Shown one piece after another: positions 51,131 to 61,091 of a stretch of 64,000 nucleotides of DNA; the first letter of the stretch is position 1, and each line of letters begins with the position of its first letter. Location: the NCBI GenBank assembly GCA_035691205.1, contig DASSJM010000061.1, forward strand, positions 15,932 to 79,931, read 5' to 3'. The DNA is from Actinomycetota bacterium (GTDB lineage Bacteria; Actinomycetota; UBA4738; HRBIN12). The notes under the pieces are model-generated. The model did no database searches. It was not told where the DNA came from and was given only the letters and a program-made list of their open reading frames with translations. The position numbers and the translations under genes are program-made.

Positions 51131-51909
51131 CCCAGCGGATCGTGGGCGTGTTCGCCCACCCCGACGACGACACCTACGGGGTGGGAGGCAGCCTCGCGCT
51201 GCATGCCGGCGACGACATCGAGGTCACCGTGGTGATGGCGACGAGCGGCGACGCAGGCAGGATCGCCGACCCGTGGCTCGCGACCCGAGAGACCCTGGGA
51301 CGGGTACGGGAGGCCGAGGACCTCGCCGCCTGGAGGGCGCTGGGGCTCGAGCCGGACATCCGCTTCCTGCGGCACCCCGATGGCCGGCTGGCCGAGGTGC
51401 CTCGCGAGGAACTCGTCGCCGAGGTCGTGGCCGTGCTGGAGGACGCGCGACCCGACGTCGTGATCACGTTCGGGCCCGACGGCATCACGGGGCACGAGGA
51501 TCACGTCGCGATCGGCGCCGCCGCGACCGAAGCCTTCCACGCGGCCAGGGGCCGCACGCGCGAGCGAGCGTTCGCCCGCCTGCTCCACCTCGCGCTGCCC
51601 GCCGGGCAACTCGAACGGCTGAACGAGCTGCTCCGCGAGCGAGGGCTCGAGCCGATCGACCCGACGCAGCCCTTCATGCCGCGCGGTGTGCCGGACGCCG
51701 ACATCGGCGTCCGGGTGGACTGCTCGAGCGTCTTCGACCGCAAGCTCGAGGCCCTCCGGGCCCACAGGACGCAGGGTGAGATGGAGGACGTCCCCTTCGA
51801 CCTGTGGCCACAGATCCTGGGCGTCGAGACGTTCTCGACCGCGTGGCCAACACGGGGGCGTGCGGACCCGGTCCTGTCCGACGTGCTCGAGGGTCTGGCT
51901 CCGGCGTAA
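51127..51909 (+). CDS. PIG-L family deacetylase (LmbE-like)
   Basis: Motif VFAHPDDDTYG and an HED.H zinc site. The GTG start overlaps the dapB stop (GTGA). Confidence 0.8.
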   Translation: MTQRIVGVFAHPDDDTYGVGGSLALHAGDDIEVTVVMATSGDAGRIADPWLATRETLGRVREAEDLAAWRALGLEPDIRFLRHPDGRLAEVPREELVAEVVAVLEDARPDVVITFGPDGITGHEDHVAIGAAATEAFHAARGRTRERAFARLLHLALPAGQLERLNELLRERGLEPIDPTQPFMPRGVPDADIGVRVDCSSVFDRKLEALRAHRTQGEMEDVPFDLWPQILGVETFSTAWPTRGRADPVLSDVLEGLAPA

Positions 51910-51920
51910 GCTCGGGGGTC

Positions 51921-53135
51921 GTGGACATCCAGATCCGCGCGATCGGCGAGGACGAGTTCGAGGCGTACGCGAACGCGGTCGAGACCGCGTTCGGCAGCTT
52001 CGTCGACGCCGCCGACCTCGAGCGCGAACGCTCGATCGCGGAGCTCGACCGGTCGTTCGCCGCGTTCGACGGCGACCGCATCGTCGGCACGGCGGCGACC
52101 CTCACGATGCCGATGACCGTCCCCGGCGCCGAGCTGGAGGTCGGGTTCGTGACCGCGGTCGGGGTGCTCCCCACGCACACGCGGCGGGGGATCAACACGG
52201 CGCTGATGCTCCGCACCCTCGAGGACGCGCGCGACCGCGGGGAGGCCGTGGACGTGCTCTTCGCATCCGAGGGCGGGATCTACGGACGCTTCGGGTACGG
52301 GATGAGCGCGCCGGAGCTCACCCTCGACGTCCGCACGACCCACGCCGCCTTCATCCGCGGCTACCGGCCGTCCGGAGCGGTCCGACTCGTGGGAGCCGAG
52401 GAGGGGATGCAGGGCATCATCACCGTCCACGGATCGCTCCGTCACGAGCGCCCCGGGGCCATCGAGCTCACCCCGACGCGCCTGAACTCCGCGCTCCACG
52501 ACCACGGCGAGGACAAGGGCAAGCCGAGGTTCTTCGCGCTCCACGAGGGGCAGGAAGGGGTGGACGGCTATCTCGCCTACCGCGTGAAGCACGACTGGGC
52601 GACCGGCACACCCGAGAACCACCTGGAGATCCACCTGCTCGACGGCTCGAGCCCAGGTGCGTACGCGGACCTGTGGCGCTACGCGTTCGACGTCGACCTC
52701 GTCGCCCGGGTCACGGCGTGGGCGCGACCGGCCGATGAGCCCCTCGTGCACCTGGTGCGTGAGCCGCGCCGGCTGAACGCGAGGCATTCGGACGGGCTGT
52801 ACCTCCGGGTGGTCGACGTGCCCGCCGCGCTCGAGGCTCGCCGGTACGCCGCGGCCGGACGGGTCGTCCTCCAGGTGCACGATCCCTTCTGCGCCTGGAA
52901 CGAGGGCCGGTTCGCGCTCGAGGGCGGTCCAGATGGCTCGGCGTGCGCTCGCACGGACGAGGAGCCGGATCTGATCGCGACCGTGAGCGAGATCGGCGCC
53001 ACCTACCTCGGCGGCCCGTCCTTCCGCCAGCTGCATCGGGCCGGTCGCGTCTCGGAGGAGCGCGCCGGGGCGCTCGCGAGGGCAGACGCGATGTTCGGCT
53101 GGGACCCTGCCCCCTGGTGCGCCTTCGGCTTCTGA
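51921..53135 (+). CDS. GNAT family N-acetyltransferase, Eis-like (GNAT-GNAT-SCP2 architecture)
   Basis: About 404 aa with a GNAT acetyl-CoA motif (VGVLPTHTRRGINTALM) and a C-terminal SCP2-like region, similar in length and layout to Eis. Confidence 0.7.
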   Translation: MDIQIRAIGEDEFEAYANAVETAFGSFVDAADLERERSIAELDRSFAAFDGDRIVGTAATLTMPMTVPGAELEVGFVTAVGVLPTHTRRGINTALMLRTLEDARDRGEAVDVLFASEGGIYGRFGYGMSAPELTLDVRTTHAAFIRGYRPSGAVRLVGAEEGMQGIITVHGSLRHERPGAIELTPTRLNSALHDHGEDKGKPRFFALHEGQEGVDGYLAYRVKHDWATGTPENHLEIHLLDGSSPGAYADLWRYAFDVDLVARVTAWARPADEPLVHLVREPRRLNARHSDGLYLRVVDVPAALEARRYAAAGRVVLQVHDPFCAWNEGRFALEGGPDGSACARTDEEPDLIATVSEIGATYLGGPSFRQLHRAGRVSEERAGALARADAMFGWDPAPWCAFGF

Positions 53136-53149
53136 GGGGCGGCGGTCGG

Positions 53150-53764
53150 TCAGCCGGTGAACCCGCTCACGATCAGGAGCAGACCGAGCACCCCCAACGC
53201 GACGGCGAGCACGTCGCCCAAGATCCGGAGCGTCCGGTCGCTCACGCGGTGAGCTCCCGTGCCGAGCAGCACCATCGCGAAGTCCATGAGCGACACGCCG
53301 GCCAGCAGGGCGATCACCGTGACGAACGCCTGCGGGCGCCCGCCACGCTCGAGCGCGCTCGCGACGACGGCGGTGCCGGTGGTCGCGAGGAACACGTAGA
53401 CGCCGGGGTTCAGGAGCACGGCGACGACGCCCCGGAGCGAGGGGTGCAGGCCGGGGCGATCGGCGTCGGCGGCCTCGGGGCGGCGGCTCTCGCGGACGGC
53501 GTCGATCGCCAGGAACACCAGGAACGCGCCGCCTACGACCTGCACCACGCGCAGGAACGCCTCGCCCGGCGCCAGGGAGGACAGCCCCGCCGCGAGCAGG
53601 AGCATCATGAGGCCGAACGTGCCGTTGGCTCCGGCCATCGCGAGGACGCCGCGGCGGACCCCGCCTCGGGAGGCCTCCGAGAAGAGCAGCAGCTGGACCG
53701 GACCGGGCGAGGTCCCGAGGGCGACGCCGAGCCCGAAGGCCGCGAGCGCGACGGAGGCCTCCAC
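53150..53764 (-). CDS. LysE/RhtB family amino-acid exporter
   Basis: Six TM helices, a conserved N-terminal GxSPGP motif, and a length of about 203 aa from an internal GTG. Starting at the ORF-track start at 53839 would overlap the upstream gene. Confidence 0.6.
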   Translation of the reverse strand: MEASVALAAFGLGVALGTSPGPVQLLLFSEASRGGVRRGVLAMAGANGTFGLMMLLLAAGLSSLAPGEAFLRVVQVVGGAFLVFLAIDAVRESRRPEAADADRPGLHPSLRGVVAVLLNPGVYVFLATTGTAVVASALERGGRPQAFVTVIALLAGVSLMDFAMVLLGTGAHRVSDRTLRILGDVLAVALGVLGLLLIVSGFTG

Positions 53765-53769
53765 GATCG

Positions 53770-54222
53770 CTAGAGTCGGAGCTCCTCGAGCTCGACCGGT
53801 GCCTCGTCGTGCTCCCTGCGCAGGAGCACGCCCTCGCACTCGCGGAGCGGCTCGATCTCACGGGCGGTGAGGCCGAGGACGGCGCGTTCGATCAGCGGTG
53901 TGTGCGAGACGGCGAGGCCCCTGCCCTCCTCGGGCACGGCGTCGAGGAGCGCGGCGACGACCCCGGCCATGGCCAGGGGGGAGCCGTCGTTGTCCTTCGC
54001 CGCGAGGCCGGGGACCACGGCGTGGGCGGGCAGCTGCTCCCCGAGGCCCCGCAGCATCCACGCCACGGTCTCGGCCGCCCGCTGGGCGGGTGAGATGAAC
54101 ACGACTCCGTACCCCCCCGCGAGCGATGCCCCGACCGACTGCGCGTGTGCGCGGCCCTCCTGCGAGAGCCGATCGGCGGTCGGATCGCGTTGCGCGTGAC
54201 GACGGAGTTCCAGGGTCCTCAC
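53770..54222 (-). CDS. Histidine phosphatase family protein (SixA / phosphoglycerate mutase-like)
   Basis: 150 aa with an N-terminal LRRHAQ (RHG-type) motif and a later catalytic His. Confidence 0.7.
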   Translation of the reverse strand: MRTLELRRHAQRDPTADRLSQEGRAHAQSVGASLAGGYGVVFISPAQRAAETVAWMLRGLGEQLPAHAVVPGLAAKDNDGSPLAMAGVVAALLDAVPEEGRGLAVSHTPLIERAVLGLTAREIEPLRECEGVLLRREHDEAPVELEELRL

Positions 54223-54255
54223 CGTTGGGGTTCCTCCGGCTGCGGTTCAGGTAGC

Positions 54256-54735
54256 ATGCCGCGACCCGTGGAGACTACCCGTCGCTTCGCCGTGCTCGCC
54301 CTTGCCGGGACGTTGCTCCTCGGCGCCTGCACGGGGTCCGGCGATGGCTCCGAGACCACCGGCTCCACCGGTGGGGCGGGGATCACCGGTGTCCAGGACA
54401 CCGGCCCCACCCCCGCGCAGACGCTCACGCCGGGCGTCGGCACGTTCACCTACGAGAACGGCGGTCTCACCGTGACGGCCGACATCGAGGCATCCAGCGG
54501 AACCCTGGAGGTGGACAACCGGAGCGGGCACGACCTGGCGGCGCCCGATCTCTACGTCCTCGACGCGGTCGACGGTCATGAGGTCGCGGTGGACGTCGCC
54601 GGAAGCGAGCCGGTCGCGGCCGGTGAGACGGCGACCTTCGACGTCTCGCTCGGTGAGGTCGACGTGGACCAGGTGGGGCTGCTCGTGCTGCTGTTCGGGA
54701 AGGACAACTACGGCGCCTTCGTGCGGACCGGCTAG
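54256..54735 (+). CDS. Small secreted lipoprotein of unknown function
   Basis: Lipobox (LLLGAC) after the internal ATG at 54256. The protein is Gly/Thr-rich and shows third-position GC bias. Confidence 0.5.
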   Translation: MPRPVETTRRFAVLALAGTLLLGACTGSGDGSETTGSTGGAGITGVQDTGPTPAQTLTPGVGTFTYENGGLTVTADIEASSGTLEVDNRSGHDLAAPDLYVLDAVDGHEVAVDVAGSEPVAAGETATFDVSLGEVDVDQVGLLVLLFGKDNYGAFVRTG

Positions 54736-55283
54736 CTCTGCCTGCTTGCGGGCTCGGCCTCGCCGGCCGCGATCCTGGCCAGCACGAACAGCAGGTCCGA
54801 GAGTCGATTGAGGTAGGTCAGGACCGCGTCGTTCACCCCCGTCCCTGAGTCGCGGAGCTCGACGACGCGTCGTTCGGCGCGGCGCGTCATCCCGCGCGCG
54901 ACGTCGAGACACGCCGAGACCGGGTTCGCGCCCGGCACCACGAAGGCCTGGGGCAGGGGATGAGCGGAGACCAGGGTGTCGATCCGCGACTCGAGGCCCT
55001 CGACCATGTCGGGTGTGACGACGGATACGCCGGGTTCCAGGCGTGCGCGCTCGGCCGGATTCGCCGCGAGGTCGGCGCCCAGCACGAAGAGCTCCCGCTG
55101 GATCTGCAGGACCTCGTCGGCGAACGGCCGGTCCTCGCTCAGCGCCCGCGCGAGCCCGAGGGCGGCGACCACCTCGTCCAGGGTGCCGCAGGCCTCGGGG
55201 ACCGGGTGGGCCTTGGAGACCCGACCCCCGTACAGGAGCCCGGTAGTGCCGTCGTCGCCGGTCTTCGTGTAGATCCGCGGCAT
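54732..55283 (-). CDS. Cob(I)yrinic acid a,c-diamide adenosyltransferase, PduO type
   Basis: N-terminal signature MPRIYTKTGDDGTTGL and a PduO-type helical bundle. Confidence 0.85.
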   Translation of the reverse strand: MPRIYTKTGDDGTTGLLYGGRVSKAHPVPEACGTLDEVVAALGLARALSEDRPFADEVLQIQRELFVLGADLAANPAERARLEPGVSVVTPDMVEGLESRIDTLVSAHPLPQAFVVPGANPVSACLDVARGMTRRAERRVVELRDSGTGVNDAVLTYLNRLSDLLFVLARIAAGEAEPASRQS

Positions 55284-55389
55284 CCGGCTAGGATAGCCGG
55301 GTCACTCCTCCCATCTGGGGGGGAACGGGCCGGGAGCGCAGGAGATGCAGGAGGCACGAGCGACGCTCCTTCCGCTGGTTGAAGGCGAG

Positions 55390-55545
55390 CCCCCTCGGGC
55401 TCCTGCCCCTCTGCGGGCTCCTGCCGCCCCTGAGGTTCATGGTCCTCTTTGGGCTCCTGCCGCCCCTGAGGTTCATGGCTCTCCCTGGGCTCCTGGGGCT
55501 CTCAGGGTGCAGGTCGCTCTTGGGCTGCAGGCCCCTCATAAACGA
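55390..55545. repeat. Array of about five imperfect tandem repeats of roughly 36 nt (core GGGCTCCTGCCGCCCCTGAGGTTCATGG) in the divergent pduO/dapA intergenic region
   Basis: I found the repeats by reading the sequence. Two units are nearly identical and the flanking units are degenerate. Confidence 0.7.
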
Positions 55546-55734
55546 CATGTGCAACATGTGGCAGATGTGGCTGTTGTGCGGGAAGTGGAACGGTGCTAGG
55601 CTGCGGTCTCGAGCGTGGGGCCGGTCGACCGTGGCAAGCCAGGACGCCTGAGCGGGGCCCGGTCGCCCGGCCCGACGTCGTCCCCGGAACCGCTCGTCAC
55701 GCCGACCGCCGCACCGGAACGAGGAGGCATCGTC

Positions 55735-56619
55735 ATGGCCGGTAGGTTCGGGGCGGTCGTCACCGCCATGGTCACGCCCTTCCACGAGGATCACACCCTC
55801 GACCTGGACGCCGCCCGGTCGCTCGCCGCGTACCTGTACGAGCACGGATCCGAGTCGCTCGTCGTCGCGGGCTCGACCGGCGAGTCACCCACCCTCACCC
55901 ACAAGGAGAAGCTGGAGCTCTTCCGCGCCGTGATCGAGGTGGCGCAGGGCCGGGGGAAGGTGCTGTGCGGCACCGGCACCTACGACACGGCCGAGACCGT
56001 GGAGCTCTCACGCGAGGCCGAGGGGCTCGGCGCCGACGGGCTGCTGCTGGTGACGCCGTACTACAACAAGCCGCCGCAGGCGGGCCTGCTCGAACACTTC
56101 ACGCGGGTGGCGAACGCCGTGAGCATCCCGATCATGGCCTACAACATCCCGGGCCGCACGGGCATCCGGATCGAGCACGACACGCTCCTGCGGATGGCCG
56201 AGATCCCGAACATCGTCGCGGTGAAGGACTCGACGGGGGACTTCCAGGCGATCAGCCGGCTGATCTCCGAGGCGCCGCCGGACTTCGAGGTCTACTCGGG
56301 CGACGACTGGGCGACGTTCGGCTACCTGTGCCTGGGCGCCGTGGGGATCGTGAGCGTGGCCGGTCACCTCGTCGGTACGCGCATCGGCCAGATGTGCGAT
56401 CTCATCTTCGCCGGTGACATCCCGGCTGCCCGCAAGATCCACGAGGAGCTCACCCCGCTGTTCAACGCCCTGTTCATCACGTCGAACCCGATCCCGGTGA
56501 AGACCGCGCTCGGCCTGGTGGGTCACCCGGTCGGCCCGCCGCGCCTGCCGCTCGTGCCGGCGACGCCCGAGGAGCGCGAGCGGATCCGCAAGGCGCTGAT
56601 GGATGCCGGCCTCCTCTAG
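55735..56619 (+). CDS. dapA: 4-hydroxy-tetrahydrodipicolinate synthase
   Basis: Motif AGSTGES.TL, the Schiff-base Lys (VAVKDSTGD) and a (beta/alpha)8 barrel. An ATG at 55735 follows GAGGAGG. Confidence 0.9.
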   Translation: MAGRFGAVVTAMVTPFHEDHTLDLDAARSLAAYLYEHGSESLVVAGSTGESPTLTHKEKLELFRAVIEVAQGRGKVLCGTGTYDTAETVELSREAEGLGADGLLLVTPYYNKPPQAGLLEHFTRVANAVSIPIMAYNIPGRTGIRIEHDTLLRMAEIPNIVAVKDSTGDFQAISRLISEAPPDFEVYSGDDWATFGYLCLGAVGIVSVAGHLVGTRIGQMCDLIFAGDIPAARKIHEELTPLFNALFITSNPIPVKTALGLVGHPVGPPRLPLVPATPEERERIRKALMDAGLL

Positions 56620-58297
56620 CAAGCGGACGAAGTCCGCCCCGTCCGCCCGCGTCGTCTTCCTCGGCGGCGTCGGCGAGGTCGGGCGGAACATGGCGTGCGT
56701 GGAGCTCGACGGCCGCCTGCTCGTGGTCGACGTCGGCCTGTCCTTCCCCCACGCCGAGATGCCCGGGATCGACCTGGTGCTTCCGGACTTCGAGTACGTG
56801 CGGGACCGGTTCGATGACCTCGAGGCCGTGGTGCTCACGCACGGGCACCAGGACCACATCGGCGCGATGCCGTACCTGCTCCGCGAGCTCGCGGGGCGGG
56901 CGCTCCCGGTGTACGGGACCCCGTTCACGCTCGCGCTGCTGGAGGGTCAGCTCGAGGAGCACGGCGTGCGCGACCGCGCCGAGTTCCGTCAGGTGACCCC
57001 GGGGGAGGACGCGAGCGTCGGGCCGTTCTCGATGCGGTTCATCCGGGTGACGCATTCGATCCCCGACGGGATGGCCGTGGTCATCGACACGCCGTTCGGC
57101 TCGATCCTGCACACGGGCGACTTCAAGGTGGATCAGACGCCGCTGGACGGCCGGCCGACCGACCTGCACGGGCTGGCCGAGGAGGCCGGTCGGGGCGTCC
57201 ACCTGCTCCTGTCCGACTCGACCAACGCCGAGGAGGCGGGCTACACCGACAGCGAGCGCAGCGTGGGGCCGGTCCTGCAGGACATCATCGCCCGCGCCCC
57301 GCAGATGGTCGTGGTCGCGTGCTTCAGCAGCCACATCCACAGGATCCAGCAGGTCGTGAACGCCGCCCGCGCCGACGAGCGCGTCGTCGCCTTCCTCGGC
57401 CGCTCCATGCATCAGAGCGTCGAGGCGGCGCGCGAGCTCGGGTTGCTGCACGCGCCCGAGCAGGACGTCGTGCCCATCGAGGAGGTCGAGCGCCTCGACC
57501 CCTCGCGCGTGGTGGTCGTCTGCACGGGCTCGCAGGGAGAGCCGCTCTCCGCGCTCAGCCTGATGGCCGCGCGGGAGCACAAGTGGGTCAAGCTCGACCA
57601 GGGCGACACGGTCGTGCTCTCGAGCAGCCTGATCCCGGGCAACGAGCCGGCGATCCACCGCGTCGTCGACGGCCTGTACCGGACCGGCGCCGACGTGTTC
57701 CACCTGCCCGCGTACCCGGTCCACGCGAGCGGCCACGCAGCGGCGGAGGAGCTTCGGCTGATGCTCTCGCTCGTTCGTCCGCGCTGGTTCATCCCGATCC
57801 ATGGGGAGCGCCGGCACCTCGCCCACCACGCGAAGATCGCGACCGAGGTCGGCATCCCGTCCGATCACGTCCTGATCTGCGAGGACGGCGACGTCGTCGA
57901 GGTGGGGGAGAAGGTCCAGGTCGTGGACCGGGCGCCGGCGGGGATGACGTTCGTCGACGGCCTGGGCATCGGCGACGTCGGCCAGGTGGTGCTTCGGGAT
58001 CGCCGCAAGCTGTCCTCGGACGGCGTGGTCGTGGTGGTCGTCGCGATCGATGCCCACCACGGGCAGGTCGTCTCGGGCCCGGACATCGTGAACCGCGGCT
58101 TCGTGTTCGAGGAGACCTCTGGCGACATCCTTGAAGCGGGGCGCGAACGCGTCATGCTTTCCCTGCAGGAGAGCGCGCAGGCGGAGGTCGTGGATCGCAG
58201 CGTGCTCGAGCAGAACATCCGGCGCGTGCTCGGGAAGTACTTCTACGAGGTCACCCAGCGCAAGCCGGTGATCGTGCCCGTCATCGTGGAGGTGTAG
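56603..58297 (+). CDS. rnj: Ribonuclease J
   Basis: MBL motif (THGHQDHIG) and the beta-CASP motifs; it overlaps the end of dapA. Confidence 0.9.
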   Translation: MPASSSKRTKSAPSARVVFLGGVGEVGRNMACVELDGRLLVVDVGLSFPHAEMPGIDLVLPDFEYVRDRFDDLEAVVLTHGHQDHIGAMPYLLRELAGRALPVYGTPFTLALLEGQLEEHGVRDRAEFRQVTPGEDASVGPFSMRFIRVTHSIPDGMAVVIDTPFGSILHTGDFKVDQTPLDGRPTDLHGLAEEAGRGVHLLLSDSTNAEEAGYTDSERSVGPVLQDIIARAPQMVVVACFSSHIHRIQQVVNAARADERVVAFLGRSMHQSVEAARELGLLHAPEQDVVPIEEVERLDPSRVVVVCTGSQGEPLSALSLMAAREHKWVKLDQGDTVVLSSSLIPGNEPAIHRVVDGLYRTGADVFHLPAYPVHASGHAAAEELRLMLSLVRPRWFIPIHGERRHLAHHAKIATEVGIPSDHVLICEDGDVVEVGEKVQVVDRAPAGMTFVDGLGIGDVGQVVLRDRRKLSSDGVVVVVVAIDAHHGQVVSGPDIVNRGFVFEETSGDILEAGRERVMLSLQESAQAEVVDRSVLEQNIRRVLGKYFYEVTQRKPVIVPVIVEV

Positions 58298-60499
58298 GTG
58301 GCGACGAAGACGAAGGGCCGCGGCAGGTCACGCGGCCCTGCCCGAACGTCGGTGCGGAGCCACCTGTCGCCCTGGGCGCGCGACGCGCTCGGGATCGGCC
58401 TGGTCGTGCTCGGCCTGCTCGCGGTGCTCGGCCTGTGGTTCGGGTCCGCCGGGCCCGTCGGCCGAGGTCTCGACTGGGTCCTGCACGCCTCGATCGGGGT
58501 CGCGGCGGTGGCCTTCCCGGTGATCGCCGTGTACTGGGGTGTCCTCCTGCTCCGAGACACGGCGGAGCAGGATCGGGTCCGGATGTTCATCGGGTTCCTC
58601 ATCGCGTTCGTCGGAGTGCTCGGGCTGATCTCGCTCGCCCGGGGCAACCCTCGCCCGTTCGGCGGGTACGACAAGGTTGCTGACGCCGCCGGCGCCATCG
58701 GCGCGCTGGGTGCGTGGCCGCTCGGCAAGTTGATCTCGCGGATCGGGGTCGCGATCGTGTGGACCGGGGCGGTCGTGCTCGGCCTGCTCATCTTCACGGG
58801 GACGCCGCTGTCGGCCGTGTGGGAGCGGATCCGTGGGGCGTTCGAGCGCGAGGACCGGGATCTCGAGGAGGAGGAGGAAGAGGACGAGGAGCCCGAACCC
58901 CGTCGCCGAGAGCCGCGGGTGATCCACACGGATCCCGAGCTGCCCGTCGTCGAGCTCCCGGAGGAGGAACCCGAGGAGCCCGAGCTCGAGCCGATCGAGG
59001 TACCCGAGATCGTGCGGCCCCGATCCTCCGGGGGCCGGTACGAGCTTCCACCGCTCGAGCTGCTGCGGACCTCGCCGCCGTCCGGTGGCGCCGAGCGCGA
59101 CGAGGAGCACCAGATGGAGGCGCTGGAGCGGACGTTCCACACCTTCGGCGTGCCCGCGCACGTCGTGGCCGCGCACCGCGGGCCGACCGTCACCCTGTAC
59201 GAGGTGGAGGTCGAGGCCGGGACCAAGGTGAACAAGGTCCTGTCCCTCGCGGACGACATCGCGTACGCGCTCGCCACACCCGACGTCAGGATCATCGCCC
59301 CGATCCCCGGCAAGTCGGCGATCGGAGTCGAGGTGCCCAACAAGGTCCGAGACTTCGTGATGCTCGGCGACATCCTGCGGTCGAAGGCCGCCGCCGCCGA
59401 CGCCCATCCGCTGTCGGTCGCGCTCGGCAAGGACGTGCATGGGCGCGCGCAGCTCGTGAACCTCACCGCGATGCCGCACCTGCTGATCGCCGGGGCGACT
59501 GGCGCCGGCAAGTCCAGCCTCATCAACTCGTTCATCACGTCGATCCTGATGAGGACCGACCCGGACGAGGTCAAGCTCGTGCTCGTCGACCCCAAGCGGG
59601 TGGAGCTCACGCACTTCGCCGACCTGCCGCACCTGCTGGTTCCTGTGATCGTCCACCCCAAGCGCGCCGCCGAGGCGCTCGCGTGGGTCACGCGCGAGAT
59701 GGAGCAGCGCTACGAGCTGCTCGCGATGGTCGGGGTGCGCGACATCGACGGCTATCGCGCCGGCCTCGAGGAGGAGACCCTTCGCATCCCGCCTGGCCAG
59801 GAGGACAAGGTCGTCGACTTCCCGTACCTGCTCGTCGTGATCGACGAGCTCGCGGACCTGATGATGGTCGCACCGCGCGACGTCGAGGACGCGATCTGCC
59901 GCATCGCGCAGATGGCCCGCGCCGTCGGCATCCATCTCGTCGTGGCCACGCAGCGGCCCAGCGTGGACGTCGTCACCGGCCTGATCAAGGCGAACATCCC
60001 CTCGAGGATCGCGCTCATGACCTCGAGCCAGGCCGACAGCCGCGTGATCTTGGACATGAACGGGGCGGAGAAGCTCGTCGGGCACGGCGACATGCTGTTC
60101 GCGCCGTCGTCGGCGTCCAAGCCGACGCGACTGCAGGCCGCGTGGGTGACCGAGAAGGAGATCCAGACGGTCGGCGACTGGGTGCGCGAGCAGCGCCAGG
60201 TCGAGTACGCGATGAGCGTCGAGGGGCTCGGGAAGCCGCCGACCGAGTCGGAGGAGGGGGGCGGCCTCGGGGGTGACGACGAGCTGCTCGAGCAGGCCGC
60301 CGAGCTCGTGATCCGCTCCCAGCTCGGCTCGACGAGCATGCTCCAGCGCAAGCTGAAGGTCGGGTTCGCCCGCGCAGGCCGCCTGATGGACCTCCTCGAA
60401 GATCGAGGGATCGTCGGCCCGTCCCTCGGCTCGAAGGCCCGCGACGTGCTGATCACGCCCGAGGAGTGGGAGGAGTCCCGCTCCGCCCGCGCCTCCTGA
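58298..60499 (+). CDS. ftsK: DNA translocase FtsK
   Basis: N-terminal TM domain, an acidic linker, the motor with Walker A (GATGAGKS) and Walker B (LLVVIDELADL), and the gamma domain (GSTSMLQRKLKVGFARAGRLMD). Confidence 0.9.
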   Translation: MATKTKGRGRSRGPARTSVRSHLSPWARDALGIGLVVLGLLAVLGLWFGSAGPVGRGLDWVLHASIGVAAVAFPVIAVYWGVLLLRDTAEQDRVRMFIGFLIAFVGVLGLISLARGNPRPFGGYDKVADAAGAIGALGAWPLGKLISRIGVAIVWTGAVVLGLLIFTGTPLSAVWERIRGAFEREDRDLEEEEEEDEEPEPRRREPRVIHTDPELPVVELPEEEPEEPELEPIEVPEIVRPRSSGGRYELPPLELLRTSPPSGGAERDEEHQMEALERTFHTFGVPAHVVAAHRGPTVTLYEVEVEAGTKVNKVLSLADDIAYALATPDVRIIAPIPGKSAIGVEVPNKVRDFVMLGDILRSKAAAADAHPLSVALGKDVHGRAQLVNLTAMPHLLIAGATGAGKSSLINSFITSILMRTDPDEVKLVLVDPKRVELTHFADLPHLLVPVIVHPKRAAEALAWVTREMEQRYELLAMVGVRDIDGYRAGLEEETLRIPPGQEDKVVDFPYLLVVIDELADLMMVAPRDVEDAICRIAQMARAVGIHLVVATQRPSVDVVTGLIKANIPSRIALMTSSQADSRVILDMNGAEKLVGHGDMLFAPSSASKPTRLQAAWVTEKEIQTVGDWVREQRQVEYAMSVEGLGKPPTESEEGGGLGGDDELLEQAAELVIRSQLGSTSMLQRKLKVGFARAGRLMDLLEDRGIVGPSLGSKARDVLITPEEWEESRSARAS

Positions 60500-60544
60500 G
60501 GCCGAGGGAGCCCCACCGGTGCCGCCGCCGAGCCGCAGGCGGGA

Positions 60545-61030
60545 TCAGGAGCGCGCGGCGGCGCGCGCCTCGGCGATCACCTCGAGGGCCTCGGCGCGGT
60601 GGCCGAACCCCTCGGTCGCGACCTCCTTGTGCTCGAGGTCCTTGTAGACCTGGAAGAAGTGCTCGATCTCGTTCAGGAGGTTGGGGTTGACGTCGTCCAC
60701 GTCGGCGACCTGGGACCACATCGGGTCGCGGAGGGGGACGCACAGGATCTTCTCGTCCGGGCCCTTCTCGTCCCGCATCCGGAACAGGCCGATCGGCCGA
60801 GCCCTGATCCGGCAGCCCGGGAAGGTGGGTTCGCCGACGAAGACCAGCGCGTCGAGCGTGTCCCCGTCCCCGCCCAGCGTCCCGTCGATGAACCCGTAGT
60901 CGGCGGGGTACTGCATGGACGTGAACAGCATCCGGTCCAGGACCAGGTGGCCGGTCTCGGGATCGAGCTCGTACTTGTTGCGGGAGCCCTTGGGGATCTC
61001 GACGACGACCGTGACGACGTCCGGGTCCAT
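60545..61030 (-). CDS. ppa: Inorganic pyrophosphatase (family I)
   Basis: Motifs [13 protein letters not shown] and DGD.LD..V. I took the internal ATG (MDPDVV). Confidence 0.85.
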   Translation of the reverse strand: MDPDVVTVVVEIPKGSRNKYELDPETGHLVLDRMLFTSMQYPADYGFIDGTLGGDGDTLDALVFVGEPTFPGCRIRARPIGLFRMRDEKGPDEKILCVPLRDPMWSQVADVDDVNPNLLNEIEHFFQVYKDLEHKEVATEGFGHRAEALEVIAEARAAARS

Positions 61031-61091
61031 CCGGCGGGAGCCTAGCAGGGCTTCTCCGCTAGGATGCGGGCGGCCGAGAGGGGAATCGCAG

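Noticed and set aside
53765-53839. Longer LysE start at 53839
   Set aside because: It would overlap the upstream phosphatase gene by about 70 nt and add an Arg/Gly-rich non-membrane N-terminus. The internal GTG gives a typical roughly 203-aa LysE protein. The start remains uncertain.
55390-55545. Repeat array as a possible CRISPR locus
   Set aside because: The repeats are directly adjacent and imperfect, with no unique spacers of regular length. There are no cas genes nearby.
55288-55845. 185-aa minus-strand ORF and two plus-strand ORFs (55345-55599, 55379-55651) spanning the repeat array
   Set aside because: Their sequences are simply translations of the tandem repeat (RAMNLRGGRSP repeated). 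They have no third-position GC bias consistent with genes in this genome.
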